From the IMG/VR virus record IMGVR_UViG_3300017913_000244, positions 1 through 51,416 of that record: DNA of 51,416 nucleotides. The stretch is one strand, 5' to 3'. Numbering within the stretch: position 1 is the first letter of the stretch; each line of letters begins with the position of its first letter. This stretch comes from a virus. Its lineage: Duplodnaviria; Caudoviricetes. This document shows positions 46,728 through 51,416 of the stretch, in pieces. Both the position numbers and the translations under genes were made by a program. The notes beneath the pieces are model-generated. The model saw nothing but the letters and a program-made list of their open reading frames with translations. It was not told the DNA's origin and made no database searches.

Positions 46728-48072
46728 CGATTCTTACATGAGAAAGGTTGCGCCCTTTCTCGCACCTGACTATTTTGAAGGGGTCTACAAAGGCCTCTTT
46801 AAAGAATTCACTTCTTATATCGCAAAGTTCAATAATCTTCCTACGATCGAGGCATTCAAGATCGAAATTGATTCTGCCGATCGTCTGACAGATGAGCAGT
46901 ATCGACAGGCGATAGAAATTCTACCAGACATCTTTAAGTATTCTGAAGAAGATTTAAAGTGGTTAGTCGAGCGCACAGAAAAGTGGTGTCAAGATCGGGC
47001 GGTATTCAATGCTGTCATGGAATCAATAACTATTATTGATGGTAATCATCAATCGTTATCTCGCAATGCAATACCTGACGTTCTATCAAAAGCGTTGTCC
47101 GTGTCTTTTGACACAAATATTGGTCACGATTACTTAGAGAATGCAGATGCTCGATTCGAGTTTTATCATACAGATGAAGAACGATTGCCGTTTGATCTAG
47201 ATTACTTTAATCGCATCACTAAGGGCGGTTTGCCTAATAAGACATTGAATATCGCACTCGCGGGTACTGGTGTGGGTAAGTCTTTGTTTATGTGTCATGC
47301 CGCTGCCGCCGCACTGAGTCAGAACAAAGATGTTCTTTACATTACTATGGAAATGTCCGAAGAGAGAATCGCTGAACGTATCGACGCGAATCTACTCAAT
47401 GTGCCTATCGACCAGTTGACAAATATTAGTAAAGACATGTTTTCAAATCGTGTTAAGAATATTGCAGATAAGACAACAGGCAAGTTGATCATCAAAGAGT
47501 ATCCAACTGGCAGTGCACATGCAAATCATTTTCGCGCATTGTTAAATGAATTGAAATTAAAGAAGAAGTTCACGCCAGATATTATATTCATTGATTATTT
47601 GAACATCTGTGCCTCTTCTAGAACGAAGGCTATGGGCGGTTCTATTAACTCATACACGTACATTAAGTCTATTGCAGAAGAACTTCGTGGTCTCGCTGTA
47701 GAATTCGATGTACCGTTATTCTCGGCGACTCAGACGACAAGATCTGGCTATTCAAATGATGATCTAGGTCTTGAAGATACTTCAGAATCATTTGGTCTTC
47801 CCGCCACGGCAGACCTTATGTTTGCATTGATCACTAATGATGAATTGAGTTCAAATGGTCAGATACTTGTTAAACAGTTAAAGAATCGATATAACGACCC
47901 CCATATGCATCAACGATTCGTTGTCGGTGTTGACCGAAGTAAAATGAGATTATTTGATGTCGATCAAAACTCTTCCCCACTAAATAAAGATGTAGATGAT
48001 GGACCAGCTTTTGATAATTCCAACTCGGGCCAGCGAATAAACACAGAAAAATTCGCTGGTTTCACACTATAA
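46678..48072 (+). CDS. gp41: replicative DNA helicase gp41
   Basis: AGTGVGKS, IIKEYPT, FIDYLNI, SATQTTR, KQLKNRY. Confidence 0.95.
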   Translation: MTEINLQQTILRNLLTNDSYMRKVAPFLAPDYFEGVYKGLFKEFTSYIAKFNNLPTIEAFKIEIDSADRLTDEQYRQAIEILPDIFKYSEEDLKWLVERTEKWCQDRAVFNAVMESITIIDGNHQSLSRNAIPDVLSKALSVSFDTNIGHDYLENADARFEFYHTDEERLPFDLDYFNRITKGGLPNKTLNIALAGTGVGKSLFMCHAAAAALSQNKDVLYITMEMSEERIAERIDANLLNVPIDQLTNISKDMFSNRVKNIADKTTGKLIIKEYPTGSAHANHFRALLNELKLKKKFTPDIIFIDYLNICASSRTKAMGGSINSYTYIKSIAEELRGLAVEFDVPLFSATQTTRSGYSNDDLGLEDTSESFGLPATADLMFALITNDELSSNGQILVKQLKNRYNDPHMHQRFVVGVDRSKMRLFDVDQNSSPLNKDVDDGPAFDNSNSGQRINTEKFAGFTL

Positions 48073-48083
48073 GGAAAATAACA

Positions 48084-48266
48084 ATGGATCCAATCGTACA
48101 TACTGTTTTAGCAGTGGGTTTAATGTGGTGTGCATACTTCATAGGTAAACTATTCGGTAAACAGCAAGGTATTAATGCCGCAGTTGCATTCTTACTACAT
48201 ACTGGTGCGACAACTGAAGCTAAACTGAAAGAGGCAAATGATCTGTTTGAAAATCAAGATCGTTAA
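48084..48266 (+). CDS. small membrane-anchored hypothetical protein
   Basis: AAGGA SD; N-terminal hydrophobic helix. Confidence 0.6.
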   Translation: MDPIVHTVLAVGLMWCAYFIGKLFGKQQGINAAVAFLLHTGATTEAKLKEANDLFENQDR

Positions 48267-48280
48267 TCTAGATTAATATT

Positions 48281-48955
48281 ATGACTGAAGTGGTAATTCG
48301 TAATAAAGAAATGTTAGACGTACTCAACGGGTTCTCCGAAGAGATGCTGTCTAAACCGTCGTACAACGACAAAAAGTATTGGACTTATCGTGAAGAAAAG
48401 GATGTTGACTTGGGGTCTTATTACACCTCACGTGAGTATCTGGAAGAATGTCTTTCACGAGACAGTCTGGTTGGCCCGCCGGATCGGTACTTCGCACAGC
48501 CGATAGCGAAAATGGTGCGAGAAGATAAAGAAACATGGGGAGACTTCATGCAGAAGGTCAAGTACGATTTCGCATCGGAACTTGGCGCACACACTTCTGC
48601 ATTACTCTCTTACTATCCGCCTGGTGGGTTCGTGGGTTGGCACACTAATTACGATGCCAATGCATATCAAGTTTTGTTTACATGGTCAGAGACTGGAGAA
48701 GGTTTCTTCGAGTACTACGACAAACAAAAAGACGAAATTATCAAGATCGAAGATGTGCCTGGCTGGCAATGCAGACACTACTACTTCGGTGCGGAACAAG
48801 AAGAAGATCTGCACTGTTGGCACGCTGCATACACAGAATGTCAACGCATTACCCTCGCCTATAAGTTTGTCAACAACGGAAGCATAAATAATCCCGAAGA
48901 CGTGCAGGCACGTGCCATGCGCGATATGTTAATCGAAGATATAGAGACAGAGTAA
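48281..48955 (+). CDS. Fe(II)/2OG-dependent oxygenase-like protein (paralog 3)
   Basis: YPPGGFVGWHTN...CWHAA...QRIT. Confidence 0.6.
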   Translation: MTEVVIRNKEMLDVLNGFSEEMLSKPSYNDKKYWTYREEKDVDLGSYYTSREYLEECLSRDSLVGPPDRYFAQPIAKMVREDKETWGDFMQKVKYDFASELGAHTSALLSYYPPGGFVGWHTNYDANAYQVLFTWSETGEGFFEYYDKQKDEIIKIEDVPGWQCRHYYFGAEQEEDLHCWHAAYTECQRITLAYKFVNNGSINNPEDVQARAMRDMLIEDIETE

Positions 48956-49326
48956 TGTATTCTGATAAAGTTATAGACCACTACGAGAACCCACGCAATG
49001 TGGGTAAGATGGACAGGGAAGATGAAAACGTCGGAACTGGAATGGTTGGTGCACCTGCGTGTGGTGACGTGATGCAACTACAGATACGAGTCGAGGACGG
49101 AATCATTGAAGACGCAAAGTTTAAGACTTATGGTTGTGGCAGTGCTATTGCTAGTAGTTCTTTACTCACCGAATGGGTCAAAGGAAAAAGTCTCGAAGAA
49201 GCTGGGAATATCACTAATACAGAACTAGCGAAAGAACTCGCACTCCCACCAGTAAAAATCCATTGCAGTGTACTCGCAGAGGATGCGATCAAAGCTGCCA
49301 TCAAAGATTACAAAGAGAAGAACTAA
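48955..49326 (+). CDS. iscU: Fe-S cluster scaffold IscU
   Basis: YSDKVIDHYENPRNVG, APACGDVM, GCGSAIASSS, LPPVKIHCS (HscA-binding motif). Confidence 0.95.
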   Translation: MYSDKVIDHYENPRNVGKMDREDENVGTGMVGAPACGDVMQLQIRVEDGIIEDAKFKTYGCGSAIASSSLLTEWVKGKSLEEAGNITNTELAKELALPPVKIHCSVLAEDAIKAAIKDYKEKN

Positions 49327-50099
49327 TGTTACTTACAGCAGGATGCAGTTTCGTCTGGGGCGACGAGCTGGAAGGTTTTGATAATGACCCGCCGACCCAC
49401 CAACACCTTACCTTTACACATCTTCTTGCAGAGAAGTTGGTTGTCGAATATGTCAATCTTGGTGTTTGTGGCGCGTCTAATGATAAAATCTTTCGTGAGG
49501 TGACTGACTGGTTGCACAATCATCCAGAAAAAAGACCAACCCATATGGTGGTGATGTGGTCTGCGTTCCAACGCGCAGAGATCGTTGAGTACATGCCAGC
49601 AGAAAGAGATGTCAAGATCGGAAGGCAAACCGACGTGACTCAGTTTTCTGCTATGCGGACAGAATGCATCTACGACAGAAGAAAAAGAGCAGTAATGGAT
49701 CGATGGTACGAAGAAGCATATGACTCTCGTACGGATGTCATGCATACACTGAGTATGATGAAGACATTAGAACTTCTTTGTGAGGGTCTAGACATTCAAC
49801 TCATACAAGGGTTCTTTCACAAACGTTGTTGGTCGAATATCATGGCGATCTTGCGCAACGAGAATCTGGACGTAGATGACGATATTCGTGAAGCAGACAC
49901 TTCATCTATGCCTGACTATCAAATGTGGTTGAAGGACGCAATTAAAAATCTACACGTCAATAGTCGTATCGGTGCAGGAAGAGGTAAAGATTTGTTCACT
50001 CTTGCTTTAGAAGGTGATGATGTAAAACCATATGGTCACCCAGGCGAGAAAACTCAAATAGTCTTTACTGACATGCTCTATGATAGGTTCACTTCTTGA
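49326..50099 (+). CDS. SGNH/GDSL-like protein
   Basis: AGCSFVWG (block I-like), NLGVCGASND (block II), C-terminal GHP; ATG at 49326 overlaps the iscU stop. Confidence 0.6.
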   Translation: MLLTAGCSFVWGDELEGFDNDPPTHQHLTFTHLLAEKLVVEYVNLGVCGASNDKIFREVTDWLHNHPEKRPTHMVVMWSAFQRAEIVEYMPAERDVKIGRQTDVTQFSAMRTECIYDRRKRAVMDRWYEEAYDSRTDVMHTLSMMKTLELLCEGLDIQLIQGFFHKRCWSNIMAILRNENLDVDDDIREADTSSMPDYQMWLKDAIKNLHVNSRIGAGRGKDLFTLALEGDDVKPYGHPGEKTQIVFTDMLYDRFTS

Positions 50100-50124
50100 C
50101 ATAACTCTAGTGCTGTAGTATAAT
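50096..50124 (+). promoter_or_regulatory. sigma70-type promoter
   Basis: TTGACA-17-TATAAT. Confidence 0.8.
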
Positions 50125-50155
50125 ACTTGCATCATTTAACTAATGGAGCAGTATC

Positions 50156-50389
50156 ATGCCTTACTTAGACATTTATGTCGATGATGATCAGTTTGAACGT
50201 ATAGTCGTAGAAGAACTAGACTATGCAATTTCTAACGACCCAGAAATTGAAAACGACTCAGAGTTACGCCGAGCGATGATGCTTGTGAGAAACTATTTCT
50301 GTAATCAATCAGAGATCGTTCAGCAAGCATTTCCTTTCATGTATGATTATCAGGAGATGGAAAATGAACTATCAAGCCAACCTAACTAG
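50156..50389 (+). CDS. hypothetical protein
   Basis: GGAG SD; 77 aa, acidic. Confidence 0.6.
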   Translation: MPYLDIYVDDDQFERIVVEELDYAISNDPEIENDSELRRAMMLVRNYFCNQSEIVQQAFPFMYDYQEMENELSSQPN

Positions 50390-50489
50390 AGAGTACGCGC
50401 ACCTTAGAAGAAAGGCGGGGAACAACCCCACACCTAAACAAAGGAAACGAATCGAGAAGCTAGAAAAACTTCTGAGACGTACTCTGTGA
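50364..50489 (+). CDS. 41-aa basic peptide (below ORF-track cutoff)
   Basis: AGGAG SD, ATG at 50364, MNYQANLTREYAHLRRKAGNNPTPKQRKRIEKLEKLLRRTL*; GTGA overlap with the next gene. Confidence 0.55.
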   Translation: MNYQANLTREYAHLRRKAGNNPTPKQRKRIEKLEKLLRRTL

Positions 50490-50983
50490 AACTGATACGT
50501 GCCTTTTCGGTAACTGCATTAGTCTCGATATTTACTTACGTCGGGTATGTGAATGCATCCCCTCAAGTCAGTAATGATGATTTAGAATGCCTTGCACTTA
50601 ATGTTTATCACGAGGCGCGATCTGAGAGTCTCGCAGGACAATATGCGGTTGCGGACGTGGTCCTCAACCGAGTAGAATCGCCTATATATCCTAACAACGT
50701 TTGTGACGTAGTTTATCAGGGAATAATGTGGGAAGGGTTTCCGGTTCGTGATAGATGCCAGTTCAGTTGGTATTGTGACGGTAAGTCTGATCATCCAACA
50801 GAAACTGATTCTTGGTATCGAGCTATCGGTGTTGCGGTCAATATTCTGCATAATGATCAATTCCGTGGGATTACAGAAAGTGCAACGCATTATCATACCG
50901 ACTACGTTAACCCCACATGGAACACATCCATGAACTACATCGGCCGTATCGGGAACCACTTATTTTACTTGGAGACAAGATGA
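50486..50983 (+). CDS. SleB-like cell wall hydrolase (Hydrolase_2)
   Basis: CLALNVYHEARSE, AVADVVLNRV, QFSW, ATHYH, IGNHLFY; N-terminal signal/TM. Confidence 0.88.
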   Translation: MKLIRAFSVTALVSIFTYVGYVNASPQVSNDDLECLALNVYHEARSESLAGQYAVADVVLNRVESPIYPNNVCDVVYQGIMWEGFPVRDRCQFSWYCDGKSDHPTETDSWYRAIGVAVNILHNDQFRGITESATHYHTDYVNPTWNTSMNYIGRIGNHLFYLETR

Positions 50984-51207
50984 TTTTAGAGTGCTTGATG
51001 TGTCTGTCGATTGAGACGACACCCTTAGAACCTGTCCCTACCAAGGTCCAATCTGCCGTTCGTGAAGTTTTTAAAACTTCTTACGGTAAGAAAAGGCCTT
51101 TTTGGCGAACACGTAAAGTCACCGTGACTCTGGACTCTCGTACAAATCTTGTCTTGTCTAGTAGGAGAAAAGAATTGTTCACTGTTGTTCATTATGTCAA
51201 TATATGA
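50980..51207 (+). CDS. hypothetical protein
   Basis: ATGA overlap with the hydrolase stop, GGAG SD; MILECLMC... Confidence 0.5.
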   Translation: MILECLMCLSIETTPLEPVPTKVQSAVREVFKTSYGKKRPFWRTRKVTVTLDSRTNLVLSSRRKELFTVVHYVNI

Positions 51208-51275
51208 TATAATATCTAACTCTACGAAACAATAAATACTCTTGGGTTGGCAACACAACAATAAAGTAGTATAAT
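51185..51275 (+). promoter_or_regulatory. two tandem sigma70-type promoters
   Basis: TTGTTC-17-TATAAT (51185-51213) and TTGGCA-17-TATAAT (51247-51275). Confidence 0.55.
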
Positions 51276-51291
51276 AAGAGGTAAAAGGACA

Positions 51292-51416
51292 ATGGAAGGA
51301 TTAACATATCCGTCAACATATTTTCGTGATGGTGCAGTTGATCTTGGTAATGTATACATTGCAATGGATCCGATGGGAATTATTATCGGAGTATACAAAT
51401 GTCCTGAAAAGGCAAT
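51292..51416 (+). CDS. hypothetical protein (5' part, runs off the window)
   Basis: GAGG/AAGGA SD, ATG at 51292, open to the end (MEGLTYPSTYFRDGAVDLG...). Confidence 0.55.
   Translation, partial: MEGLTYPSTYFRDGAVDLGNVYIAMDPMGIIIGVYKCPEKA

Overview
A 51-kb segment of a T4-like myovirus genome, probably marine and infecting a heterotrophic proteobacterium (host is inferred). Every credible gene is on the + strand. The order is: fibre and baseplate-associated genes; the T4 morphogenesis module (gp13-gp23, gp3); then the recombination, late-transcription and replication core (uvsY, uvsW, gp55, gp47, gp46, gp45, gp44, gp62, regA, gp43, uvsX, gp41). Accessory genes are inserted between the core genes: tRNA-Thr(UGU), alternative oxidase, Hsp20 with a ROSE-like RNA thermometer, IscU, a dispersed glycan toolkit (two glycosyltransferases, cytidylyltransferase, sulfotransferase, epimerase, UDP-glucose dehydrogenase, SGNH protein), three paralogous Fe/2OG-like oxygenases with an atypical HxN metal motif, an AEP-like primase-polymerase and a SleB hydrolase. 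The strongest candidate for an unusual system is a two-gene unit with its own promoter just upstream of DNA polymerase. It pairs a C5-cytosine methyltransferase, whose motif X Asn is replaced by Arg (IGRMVPP), with a CmoA-like carboxy-SAM synthase, which predicts 5-carboxymethylcytosine DNA modification. Late promoters (TATAAATA), sigma70-type promoters (TTGACA-17-TATAAT, one of them antisense), terminators and several promoter-embedded hairpins are visible. All calls come from motif recognition by eye; no database searches were run.
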